Shown in pieces: positions 43,296 to 53,959 of a stretch of DNA of 64,000 bases. Source of the stretch: Marsupella aquatica (Eukaryota; Plantae; Marchantiophyta); the NCBI GenBank assembly GCA_973895155.1, contig OZ316897.1:3876211-3940210 (forward strand), read 5' to 3'. Both the position numbers and the translations under genes were made by a program. The first letter of the stretch is position 1; every line of letters begins with the position of its first letter. The notes beneath the pieces are model-generated. The model ran no database searches. It was not told where the DNA came from and saw only the letters and a list, made by a program, of their open reading frames with translations.

Positions 43296-44008
43296 ATGCT
43301 CGAGCGACGTATTTTTGTACCCTACCCGGATCCTCCAAAATGGGGGAATGGAGCCATGCTGGACCAGCTAAGGAGGCTGGATGAGTCACTAATTTTAAAG
43401 ATATGCAGGCTGGTAGTAAAACCATTTTACCATAACGCATTTCACTTCTACGTAGATCAGGTAGGGGGAGAAATTTATATTTGGTGGGATAGATATGTTG
43501 GATTTTCTAGAAGAGTTATCCTACTCTTTCTGAAAACTGGTGCAGTAAGACATTTTATACTCCACTGCTGTCATGTTGTGAAGGGCAATCCTGCTTATGA
43601 GCCAGAATTCTATGCCGACAACAGACGTAGAGCATTCGATGAGATTCAGGATGTGATTGACGAGCTGGACAATCCTCTTGCCACCGAGTTTTTTATTGAC
43701 ACTGGTGGGAAACTATATTCATACAAGATTCGTCAACTCCCCCCCAGCCGGTCTGTGGGCTCTTTAACTTGATCTATGTAAGTTGCCTGTGGACGAACGT
43801 CCTTGCCAATGGTGAGATCTGTCCATGCTGCACAAATGCTTGTTGTGACATTCCGTCACGCCGGTATTCAGTAGCAGTAGTGAATCCTGAGACTGGTGAA
43901 GTTGATTTCCATTGGCTGTGGGCTTATGATCATCGCATCACTCATATTCCCCAATGGCCCAAGAAGCGGATCGAACGCTTCGCTCTGGCGAGGTTCAACT
44001 ATGATTAG
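43296..44008 (+). CDS. Two overlapping orphan cargo ORFs (43296-43772, 158 aa; 43769-44008, Cys-rich), possibly one frameshifted gene
   Basis: Protein-like ORFs with a 4-bp stop/start overlap. No family recognised. Confidence 0.4.
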
Positions 44009-44046
44009 GGTTTAGGTTTAGGGGTTAAGGTTTTGGATTTAGGGTT
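44005..44046 (+). repeat. Degenerate plant telomere-like (TTTAGGG) tract / telo-box
   Basis: ttagggtttaggtttaggggttaaggttttggatttagggtt upstream of the ParB-MTase gene. Confidence 0.65.
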
Positions 44047-44228
44047 CCATAGCTGATTCTTCGACCTGTACACTCGGCCGTCAATTTAAAGAAGGCTCAC
44101 TTTTGCGATAATTTTATCGGTCTCTTTGTCCTTGTGTGATGAGATATCGTGTCCACATGTGCTGTGAGATTGGCGGCGATAATTTTATCGCTCTTTGCAT
44201 TGGAATTTGTTTATTTGCAGACTTTTCC

Positions 44229-47200
44229 ATGGCTGCTAGTGGAAAGAGTGGATCTGTTGAGGCAGAAAGTCTCATGACAAGCCTCACCAATGCAATTTGG
44301 ACAAGTGAAGACATTTGTGAAGAGGTCAAGTGTATCAAGAAGTCATGGTACTTCCGTGACGCCAGATTATAGTCCACGGGTTTCGAAGACTGTGCTACCC
44401 CAATCCTTTGGGTCCAGTTGCAAAAATCGGCGAAGGTTAATGTTTCGTATGGCCCTGTCATTGCTGTTGCCATCGTCGAGTTCATGGTTGGCCACGGGGA
44501 GGGAAAAGTGTTGACAGAGGGCCTTAGTTTCTTGACAATGTGTGGGCGCAAGGGTTTCACATCTCTCATTGTTACTCTCGATAACTTTGATGAGAAATCG
44601 ATGGACAGTTATCCAGAAGATCCCCTTGTTGCCAATGTTCGGGCAGCAAGAGAGATGAATGTTATGGGTTCGGCTTGGATCGGCCAGTATGTGCAAGATT
44701 GTAATGCCATCATGCTTCCAAGGGTGAACGCAGAGTACAAGAGACTTGTGGGTGAAGAGTTCAAACCTGTCCGCAAAATTGTTTTCAAGAAACCAGGTTC
44801 AAGTGGCAGCGGTGGTTCTAATGCCGATAAAATGTCGGGGCGGAAAGAACCATTGCAATCCTCTACACATATTGACATGGACGAACCTACAACTTCTGGT
44901 CGGGTTTCGGGAAGTGGAAAAGGGAAAGGGAGAGGTAGCGGCAGGGGAGATGCCGCGGGAACCTCTGACGGTGGGAAGAAGAGCCAGGAAACTGGCGGTA
45001 GTGGGAGAGGCCGGGGCAACCGTCGAGGACCATCCGTTAAACCAAGCGAAAGTAAAGGATCCGAGGGATCCGGGCCATCTGGTTCTGGACTTAGCACAAA
45101 GAGGAAGAGGACTGGCTGGACTGAGACGGTGGCTGCAGAAGTAGATAGAGCTCCGTCAATTCCATCAGTTCCAGTCGCGGTTCCTACGGCGCCATTGGTA
45201 AGTACTACATCATTGTACTGTTTAACAAACACGAAATCCGATAAAATCTCGTTGTTTATTTCCTGAATTGCGGATTGTTGAGTTATGTTGAACAAATGCG
45301 AACTCCGATAAAAATCTCGCAGTTTCTTTCCTTAATTGAATTTGCAACGCTTTTGTAGGCTGATCAGGAGGAGGAGACGGCTCTTTTGATGTATGAGACG
45401 GACGCGATCAAGGCAGAGCTCAGTCTTCTGATGCAACGAAGGGTGCAAAGGACAACTGTGCTTCTGCATGTCGACAATCTCATATTTGATGAGGAGGGGG
45501 ATTTGTCAACTTTGATTAGACCAGTGGATAGATTGCATGTGGAAAATATCAAGATACTTCTCATGAAAAACCCCACCAACTTCAGTGCCCTGTTCATGCT
45601 GTGTGTGGATCCGAAGGATTGTCCCACAACCGCAGATTGGGACATCCTGAAGTCAAGGGTATGGAAGTATAGAATTATTGGAGGGAATCATGGTGCTCGG
45701 GCAAAGTCCGAGTTGTTTAAAATGTATGGGAATCAAATATATGGTGAGCTGGAAGCTTGGGTTTACGCTGGGCTTACAAGATCCGAGGTCCGAAAGTTAG
45801 GCTTCCAGCATAACTATGACCAGGAGTATCGGAAGAACATGACTAAAATTGACCAAGTTTGCGCTTGTCACAATATTTTCCTTGAAATGGGTATGGGCTC
45901 GACTAAAGATGTCCGCGAAGCATGTTGTCAAGAATGCATGATGGAGTACACGCCAGGAGTTCGTGACTCCATGGCCAAACATGATCCGGCTTTCCAAATT
46001 GCTTTCCGAACAGGTGAAATTTGGGATCTTCAGGAGAAGATTTTCCAGATGTGGGAGAAAGGTATTGTCTTAGGACAACCCAAAAAAATTGTGGCAACGA
46101 CGAACGCAAAGGGAAAGGTAAAACCTTTGACGGTAAGGGAGATTAAAATGAATAAACTTGCTGGTGACCTCAACTTAAATTCATTTCAAGGTCTCCAAGG
46201 ACTGTCAAATAAGGAGCATATCAAGCGTCTCTTGAATAGGGTTATCGAGAAGGTGATCACTTTGGATCAAGTGCACAAGGAAGGTGAGAAGTTGAAAAAG
46301 CTTGCCAAGGTGAAGAAACTATTTTTGCAGATATCTGGTCAGCCAGATTGGGCAACATGCAGAGAAATGTTTCCCAACGAAATAGATGTCTCGGTCCTTG
46401 GCATATGGGCGGAGAAATTGAGTGACGCGGTAAGCATTCCTCTCACAGCATGCTCTATCGCGAGATTTTTATCGGCTTTAGCATTCCTTTGTTGGTTTCT
46501 AAGCGATTGCATCTATCAGCTAGCGTGCTCCATCGCGAGATTTTTATCGGCTTTAGCATTCCTTTGTTGGTTTCTAAGCGATTCCATCTATTGGCTAGCG
46601 TGCTCCATCGCAAGATTTTTATCGGCTTTAGCATTCATCTCACGCTATTCTAATTGTAGATGTGTTTGACATTCTTACAGCTGAAGATTAATTCAAAAAG
46701 GAAAAGCAAAGTGGTTCCGGCTGTCACTTATAATTCTGCGGGGGAGGTTATTGTTCCCTCAGCTGAAATCCCTTATGTGTTTAAGAATTTTGTGCTTGCT
46801 GCAATCGATAAGTACAATCGGCTGAGGTCCTTAGGCGAGGGCACAGCAGAAGCGTTTGAACAAACATGGAAAAATGCAGACGGGGATCGATTCTTTTCCC
46901 TACTATCTCCATGTTGGTGATGTTCGAATTTTGGATTCTTTTGTTCAGCCAAGGGTGTGGTTGCGGATATTCCATATGGTTTTAATGCTCCTGGTTCGGA
47001 GTTTGATGAAGTGGCCTTCACAGAAAAGGACATTTTAGACATGTTGACAAGTTTCTCAAAGATGACGACCGCTAAGCAGTGGAGGTTTGTTGTGATCCAT
47101 TCACTACAACAAACGCATATGGTGATGTCTGCACTGAAGAGTGTATGCAACTGTGGGGTCGAGGCTGGAATCTGGGAGAAGACTAACATTCATGAGCGTC

Positions 47201-47785
47201 CCGCTGGAGCTCGATTGGCGTGGGGTTTTGAGAACTGGTCGATAGGTTTCTATAGCGAGGAAGGCATTCGGAACATGAACATGTACAATTTCCAACCGGA
47301 TGAGTCTCGCGTCAATATCATCAAGGTTCCATGTGTAACCAAGAAGTCCGTTGATCCGTTGGGATTTGTTGTGAACCCATATCAGAAGCCTGTTGGTTTA
47401 GGGGCTTGGTTTGTTTCCCATTTCTCTGAGAAAGAGGATTGGGTTATTGATCTTTGTTGTGACCGGATCGACATTAGCTGCTACGCTCCTCAATTCTCGC
47501 CAGGGTTGTGCTGTTGATAAGAGTTCTGCGCAGATTGGTTTTGTAAAATCCCAGATCATGATTCTGGAGTCAAACTGGAATTTATATGAAGAATCCCAGA
47601 TTGAAGGGCACGACGTTGAAGGTCATGAGATTCAACCACCAATTGCAGGCCAATTGGGTGTACTCGGGACATCGACTTACGTAGTTGAGGTCGTGAAGGA
47701 GACCGAAGAGGAACAAGAAGAAACTGAGGAAGAGCCTCCCAGAACACCAAATGAGGATGATCTCAACGACATGTTATTAGATTAG
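44229..47785 (+). pseudogene. Spliced ParB/Srx-like domain + beta-class N6-adenine/N4-cytosine DNA methyltransferase fusion; exons 44229-45197, 45359-46429, 46681-47785; in-frame stop at 44370 and frameshifts near 46890-46955 and 47461
   Basis: Two phase-0 GT-AG introns (45198-45358, 46430-46680). ParB-like segment: IRPVDRLHVENIKILLMKNP...YRIIGGNHGARA...AWVYAGLTRSEVRKLGFQHN. MTase segment: YYLHVGDVRIL, VVADIPYG (motif IV), NPYQKPVGL...FSEKEDWVIDLCC[G]TGSTLAATLLNSRQGCAVD (motifs X/I). The IV-before-I order indicates beta class. Confidence 0.85.
46440..46640. repeat. 75-bp tandem repeat (about 3 units) in MTase intron 2, each unit carrying the palindrome variant CGAGATTTTTATCG
   Basis: Motif starts at 46461, 46536 and 46611. 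Confidence 0.9.
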
Positions 47786-48113
47786 TTGCGTGTGCTCGTT
47801 AGGATAATGTCAATCACCAATGAAGTTGTCGATAAATTTATCGACTTATGTATTCCATGAGGAAGAACCTTTGTCACATTTATTAATGCGATAAATTTAT
47901 CGGACTTTGCATATATCGGACTATCGCGATGTTCCTGCTGGGGGAATGGAGTTGTCGATAATCTTATCGGACAGCATTGTATTCTCTAACTGGTTTGTCA
48001 TTGCAATTATTTAAAAAAAAAGATATCATTATAGCTGCGGAGTACATAGTCCCAAAATGATAACCACTGTACATATTCATGGGAACGATAACCATTATAA
48101 CTTAAACCTGAAA

Positions 48114-51100
48114 CTAGCTTCGACTATCAACGACTATAGTCTCCATTGCATTTTGAATGATTCGTCTTGTTTGTATAGGGAGAGTACTATTTGCCAATAA
48201 CGCAAAGTTATACGCATAAATGGTAGTTTCTGATAGGGACAATTCATCCTCCAGTACTTTGCTAGATGAAGCCTCTTTCTCTGGATAATATCTGCCTTCA
48301 ATTGTAGACTCTTCCTCCGAATCCATTGCATACCAAGTGATTTTAATCCGCTCCGGGATGTCGTTAATTCTTGTGAGAATCTCAGTCACTTTTGCCATCT
48401 AGAATGGTCTTCCCTTGGGATCCTGATGGGCTGCTACACATATCATTGCAAATTTAGTATTCACCTCTAGATCCTTGAAGTCTCCAATTTCCGTGACTTT
48501 TCTTCGACTTCCGGAATACATGACTATCCTCACACCCGCTACTTTATCAACCAAGCTAGGTTCCATTGCTGCTTCCGTAGGATTACTCGGAAGTTCTCTC
48601 TGTACGTTTACCTTGGGCCAACTCCAATCAAAACTCCATTGTGCAGGTTTCAGGTGGTGCTGAATCACTTCTTTTTGTTTGTCAAAAAAACGACCCCACC
48701 ATAGACGATCTGCGTCGTCAAAGTAATTGAATCCATCTTCAATTGCTCTTCGATATTTTTGAAGAGTTGACAAATAACTTTGAGCCGCCCGCTCATCTTG
48801 TTCCTCAGCATCATTCTCTTGCTCTTCATTGTCTCCTGTCGCTCCCGTGGCCGACTTCAATGCCATTTGTGGTGCGACCCACATTCCAGATGATGGAATG
48901 TACCGAACAAAATCCACCGTCTCTCCCCAATCGATTGTCGTTGAAAGATGTTTGGCATGGAATACGGACCGAGCACTTCCATCTTCGAATACTCTAGTAA
49001 TCCGAAATTGTTTTTGAGCACTTATGCCGTGGAGAGTACGTAGAACCTGACCATCCATATCCTTGTCATTTGCTTGATCCTTGTCTGACACAAATTTCTT
49101 GAAATCGGCAACCTCGTCGACAAAAAATATCTTTGCCGTAGGATTGTAGGATTCCTCTATGATTGCTGAAAGAGTGTGCAACCGGAAAGCTTTCCGCTTG
49201 TTCAAAACTTGCTAAACATTTGATCAATTTGATCATGTGTGTGCCCCACCAATAGGAAACCAACCTTTATTTTCTGGAAAACACCTATCTCCACCAACAT
49301 ATTCAAATATGCCATAAGATATTTATTCTTGTTTTCCCGAGCTGTGTTATCAAGCTGGAGGTAAAGCACTGGAGGTAAAGCACTGGAGGGAGCAGACCTT
49401 CCCAGGTATTCAGAATATGTTGGATAACGTGGATGGTCAGGTTGCTATCATTGTGAATATTTGGATAGTTCAAAAAAACATTTGAACTTAATTGTTTGTT
49501 GAAGATCAAACAACCCACTACGTGTACAGGGATGAAATACTTTTCATCCATATTCTTCGGACACCGAATGAAATGAGGGTAACTCTGTCTTCTTTTGATC
49601 CATTCCATCAATACAGATGCCCAAATATTTCTTCGGACTCTTGTAACATTTGCTCCGGTGCTTTGCTAACTTCTCCCTCTCGACTGCTTGTGCCTTCCGA
49701 TGCTCGTTTAGCAATGTTGAGAATTTTCCTACAATAATAAAAATGTTTAGGACAAAACATGATAACCGCAATGTTGAACCCTGCGATAAATTTATCGGGT
49801 TCAGTATTCAAACACAAGACCGTAATGATAAACCCTGACAACGATAAATTTATCGCGTTCAGTATTCAAACACAAGACCGTAATGAAAAACTGTGATAGC
49901 GATAAATTTATCAGGTTTAGTATTCAAACTGTTCAAACGATATATTCACTCACATGGCCAAAGAAGAAGCACATGAATACTCAACCCGATAAAATTATCG
50001 GGAGTAACACACAGGTTTAGAAACTTACTCTTTTCTGCTTCGAGTGTTGCCTTGTCACGGAGTGCTTTGAATTCAGTACACGGGGCGCAGGTGGAGAAAC
50101 GGCTCCTTTTGGGGATGCGCACGCGAGGAAACTCCTTGTTCCAAATGCGAACAAACCACGAATATGTCATGCCTTGTTTTTGGTGCATTAGAGTTTCGGA
50201 CTGGAAGGCATCAAAAACTTCTGTTTTTGTCCAATTGTCAGGTAAATGAAAGATATCCTTGTTGGGGAGACTCTCGACATTTGTGGAAAAAAAATCATCC
50301 AGCCATTGGACGAGACCAAGATGTGCGGGTGATTTTTCTCGACAAACTATACCGATCTGTATCCGAGAAAACATGTTCTGCGAGATTTTTTGGAGATGAT
50401 TATTTCCTAGTGAAAATAATTTCTTAAAACCACTCCGACAAAAGGATCTACCGCTAACTGAGTAACCACTTGCACCAGCATGCCCACCCTTCACACATCC
50501 TCTTAGAAGGACGTTCTTCTCTGGGTAGGATAGCCCATAGTAATAAGTGCGTTGTTTCGTCACGGCTAGTAGACCCAAATCCCGCAGACAGTAATTATCA
50601 CAACACGAATACTTATGAATTTCTCTCATTTTGTTTCTATTCAATTTGTCATTTATCACATTGTCTTTCCTAGTAATTCGGTCCCTATCTTTTTTACTAG
50701 GCTCATTTGACTTCTCTACAACCTGAAATCCGTTCATAACATTGGCATTTTCGGGTCCTTCAGGTGCCTCGCGAATAGATGCATCACTCTCTGCTGAGCT
50801 ACCATCCTCTATAGATCTCCTTGACGCATTTAGAGGGGCATTGAATAGACGACTATAGCTATTCTCTTCGACAGCTCCTTCTAAACATTCAGACATAACT
50901 TGTGCTATTATATCGGATTCTCTATCTCCTTCCTCATCTTCGTCCTCCGATGCACTCGACTCATCTGAAAACACAATTGGACTCCGTGGCTCTCTATACA
51001 TAACCCGAACGCCACTAAGACCTCTCCTCGATACTTGGAGCCTGGAACCAATGACAGCCCGCCCTTGAGAACTTGGAGATTCTGGATTCGCACGTGCAGT

Positions 51101-51677
51101 CCCAACGACTCCGCGAGCTGCTGGAAAATTGAGCACTTGTTCACCACGATTCCCACGGACCATTCGAGAAAGGGCCGAGTCTGGACTTCGCAGTCCGATT
51201 CCCTCGCTTGCTCGCACATCCAGTCCAGGCAATGCAAAGACCGATTGCCGTATCGGTCTTTGTATTTCTGTGTCCCGATCCTCACCCGGAGACTGAAAGA
51301 TCCGTCGTTGAACTTGTGTTGAATGTGGCAACTTGAATGCCGACGACGATACGCGTATCTGTCGCCGGATACCCTCTCCATAACCCGGGATGGATGGCCT
51401 GAAGCGACGTCTTGGACCTAAACCTGGGATTGAAAGTTTCTCATTTCTTGGCGATGGAACGCTCAAGAGACGACGCTTCTCAGGTTTACTAGGCGACACA
51501 TAGTAAGCACTGGGCTCAGGACCAGAACTTGCATCAAAATTTGAGTCAGAGATTTCGGGCACTATTTGTTGTGAGAGAGGTAGAGCTTTAAGTATGCGAC
51601 TTGGCAAACAGCGAGCGACAAGATTAGGAGAGGATTCAACTAAACTGGAAGGTGAATCTGTGTCTGATTGAGACATG
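48114..51677 (-). pseudogene. Sola1-like DDD transposase; exon 1 ~50029-51677, intron 49729-50028, exon 2 48114-49728; frameshifts and one TAG stop (probably TGG) at 48399-48401
   Basis: CCxxxC and FPRVRIPKRSRFSTCAPC (Zn motif). Predicted catalytic segments ICIDGMDQKKT, VLYLQLDNTARENKN and FLLVGHTHDQIDQMFS. A 14-bp duplication (ctggaggtaaagca, ~49354-49385) causes one frameshift. Confidence 0.8.
49784..49930. repeat. 58-bp tandem repeat (about 2.5 units) in the transposase intron, each unit starting with the palindrome
   Basis: Units start at 49784, 49842 and 49900. Confidence 0.9.
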
Positions 51678-51961
51678 GCTATCCAAGACACTATGGGGCT
51701 TTGCATTCCTCCCGCAATCAGGGAAAACAAAAGGCTCAATGGACAGAATGTTGCTCCAAGAACACAACTCCCAAAACTCTACTCTCGATAATGACGCCAA
51801 AAACTTATCGGCGGTGGCCCTTTTATAGTGTCTGTTGAGGGGTTGGCCCACGTGTCCACTTTTGATTGGCTGTCACCCTAAACGACAAAATAGCAGAAAA
51901 GGGTATATTTCTTGGATTTCCAATTTTATTCTCACACGTGCATCGTGGCAAAATTATATAG

Positions 51962-52252
51962 TTTTGAAATTGAAGCGATAAATTTATCTGATGTTGGTAT
52001 TGCAAAAGTGGTTCCTTCATATGGAAGTTGCAATTTGAAATTGAAGCGATAAATTTATCTGATGTTGGTATTGCAAAAGTGGTTCCTTCATATGGAAGTT
52101 GCAATTTGAAATTGAAGCGATAAATTTATCTGATGTTGGTATTGCAAAAGTGGTTCCTTCATATGGAAGTTGCAATTTTGAAATTGAAGCGATAAATTTA
52201 TCTGATGTTGGTCTTGCGAAGAGTTTTCTTCATATGGATAGGAATTTTGAAA
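51962..52252. repeat. 71-bp subterminal tandem repeat x4, each unit containing CGATAAATTTATCT
   Basis: Motif at 51976, 52047, 52118 and 52190 (period 71, 71, 72). Confidence 0.95.
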
Positions 52253-52854
52253 TTTAACCGATGAACCGAAGGATCTTAGTATTGTCGACTAGTATTTTTG
52301 TCGCCCGTAGTTTTCGCGATAATTTTATCGGACTGCGCATTGCTGTTGAAAGAATGGCATGTTGACTATGGTCACTTGCGGAGGTAACTGCAAGGTAAGT
52401 TTGACGAACCGTGCAGTAATTCTTATCGACTGTGATGTAAAATATTTTTGGTAAATATCCAAAAACTGAGAAACCTGAGATTGGGTCAGAGTTTTCGTGG
52501 CTCAAATCCGGAGTCCGATACAGTTATCGCACTTGGCTCGAAACGTGGATATGGATTTATAGATCTAAGACCTTTCATATATCTTCGGAGAGCGTGAATA
52601 TGAGGTCGAGGAGAAAGTTTTTCGGATCTAATTGTTCCTTGATAATATGAATGTTTGTTAGCATGAATTTTATTGGTTTTGATCATTATTAAATTTGCTG
52701 TTTCAATCCGAACTCCGATACGAATTCCATTATTTCCCCAAAAATGCGTTTTTGATGAAAAAAACTGCCGATTTCGCGAGATTCGGCGGAAAATGAAAAT
52801 ACACTTCTCGTTTAGAGGAAATAGTTCTCGTTCGGTCCGAAATCGTGTTCTGAA

Positions 52855-53464
52855 CAAGAAGGATACAGATTTGTTGATGAGAATACAATGATTATTTGTT
52901 TGCATAGAGATAATGTGGCTAAATATATAATACAATGAGTTTACTAAATGTTTTTACTATAGATCATCATATAGTAGAAGTTAATGTCCATACAAATGCT
53001 CCTGCTAAGAGACTTGGTCAAAAGCAATGGATCTCGATCTGACACGAAGTTTCATCAACTAACACATATAGCTATTGGTTGTAGAGTTTTATTGACTGAG
53101 AATATTGATATTTCAAATGAAGCTGCTAACGGTAGTAGTGGAGAAGTACATGATTTGTTTTTTGATGAGAACATTTGATTTGTCCACAATAATTGTTAGA
53201 CTGCATAGTAACGGTAAACTAGTAAGAGTTGTGAGATCTTGTACTAAATACAAAAGAATCAAGAACATGATTAGTTACCACAAGTCAACATTTCCACTAA
53301 TGTTAGGAAGTTCAATGACTGGACATAAATCACAAGGATGTACCTTAACGGGAAAAGTCCTGAAGTGGTTGTTCTATCTGTTTGCTCCTAGTTTGACATT
53401 TGTGATGTTGAGTCGTGTTACAAACAGGAAGAATTTAAAATTTGTGGGTAAGTTATCTCCTTAA
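52855..53464 (+). pseudogene. Helitron Pif1 helicase, 3' part (motifs IV-VI)
   Basis: IAIGCRVLLTENIDISNEAANGSSG, FPLMLGSSMTGHKSQGCTL and FVMLSRV. Continues the frame interrupted at 41020. Confidence 0.88.
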
Positions 53465-53488
53465 TTTGGATTTTACTGTCTACAGAGA

Positions 53489-53959
53489 ATGAGATGTGGT
53501 AAGTTGGAGAATGACATGTGCAAATCTTTTGAAATGGCATCGAAAAGGAATCTGCACAACACAGAGAACTTGAAAGCAACTGAGAATGTTGTTTTCAATT
53601 ACGGAAATGGTACGCAACAATCTCCAGTCAACTTGGCATCTGAATTGTCTCCTGAAGTGAAAGTAGGACCAACGGCAACAGAACACGGAACCCCGATAGC
53701 CAAAGAGTTTTTACGAATGATCCTTGTTGATATCAAGGATGAAGACACAAAAGATAAAGGAGAGGAACCAATGTTCAAGGAGCCTACACCAAAACAAATT
53801 AGATATGCAGATTCATTTGGGATAGAGATGACAGAGTGGGAAGGTGGTATCAGTGTGAAGGGTATGAGTCTTCTCATTGATGCTAAAAAGGAATGGCGAC
53901 AAATGTTTCTGGATATGCATGGAGACTATCTGGCATCTGATATGGATCTTACTTTCTAA
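53489..53959 (+). CDS. Orphan ORF immediately downstream of the Helitron helicase
   Basis: 156 aa, containing EPTPKQIRYADSFGI...MSLLID, which resembles a small helical PTxKQxxY motif. Confidence 0.4.
   Translation: MRCGKLENDMCKSFEMASKRNLHNTENLKATENVVFNYGNGTQQSPVNLASELSPEVKVGPTATEHGTPIAKEFLRMILVDIKDEDTKDKGEEPMFKEPTPKQIRYADSFGIEMTEWEGGISVKGMSLLIDAKKEWRQMFLDMHGDYLASDMDLTF

Larger units (their letters stand above)
41467..52529. repeat. Dispersed 14-bp palindrome CGATAAATTTATCG (consensus CGATA-N4-TATCG), ~25 copies
   Basis: Perfect copies start at 41467, 41560, 41690, 43030, 47830, 47889, 49784 and 49842. Variants at 41634, 41783, 44106, 44177, 45239, 45306, 46461, 46536, 46611, 47956, 49900, 49987, 51976, 52047, 52118, 52190, 52317 and 52516. 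Confidence 0.95.
41021..52848. mobile_element. 11.8-kb TIR DNA transposon (Sola1-like transposase) carrying a ParB-methyltransferase gene, an F-box gene and orphan ORFs
   Basis: TIR acacgatttcggaccgaccgagaa (41021-41044) vs ttctcgttcggtccgaaatcgtgt (52825-52848), 23/24 match. TSD tctgaa at 41015-41020 and 52849-52854. Removing the element plus one TSD restores the helicase frame CLQQCFVSE|QEGYRFVDENTMIICLHR. Confidence 0.93.

Noticed and set aside
46430-46669. Hydrophobic repeat tail (ACSIARFLSALAFL) of ORF 45386-46669 as transmembrane segments
   Set aside because: It is read-through into intron 2, which holds the 75-bp repeats; splicing at 46429/46681 continues into the MTase.
51962-52252. 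CRISPR-like array
   Set aside because: Whole 71-bp units are near-identical with no unique spacers; the context is eukaryotic and there are no cas genes.
41021-52848. Bacterial or phage contamination explaining ParB + methylase
   Set aside because: The genes have spliceosomal introns and the element is integrated with a TSD into a eukaryotic Helitron gene.
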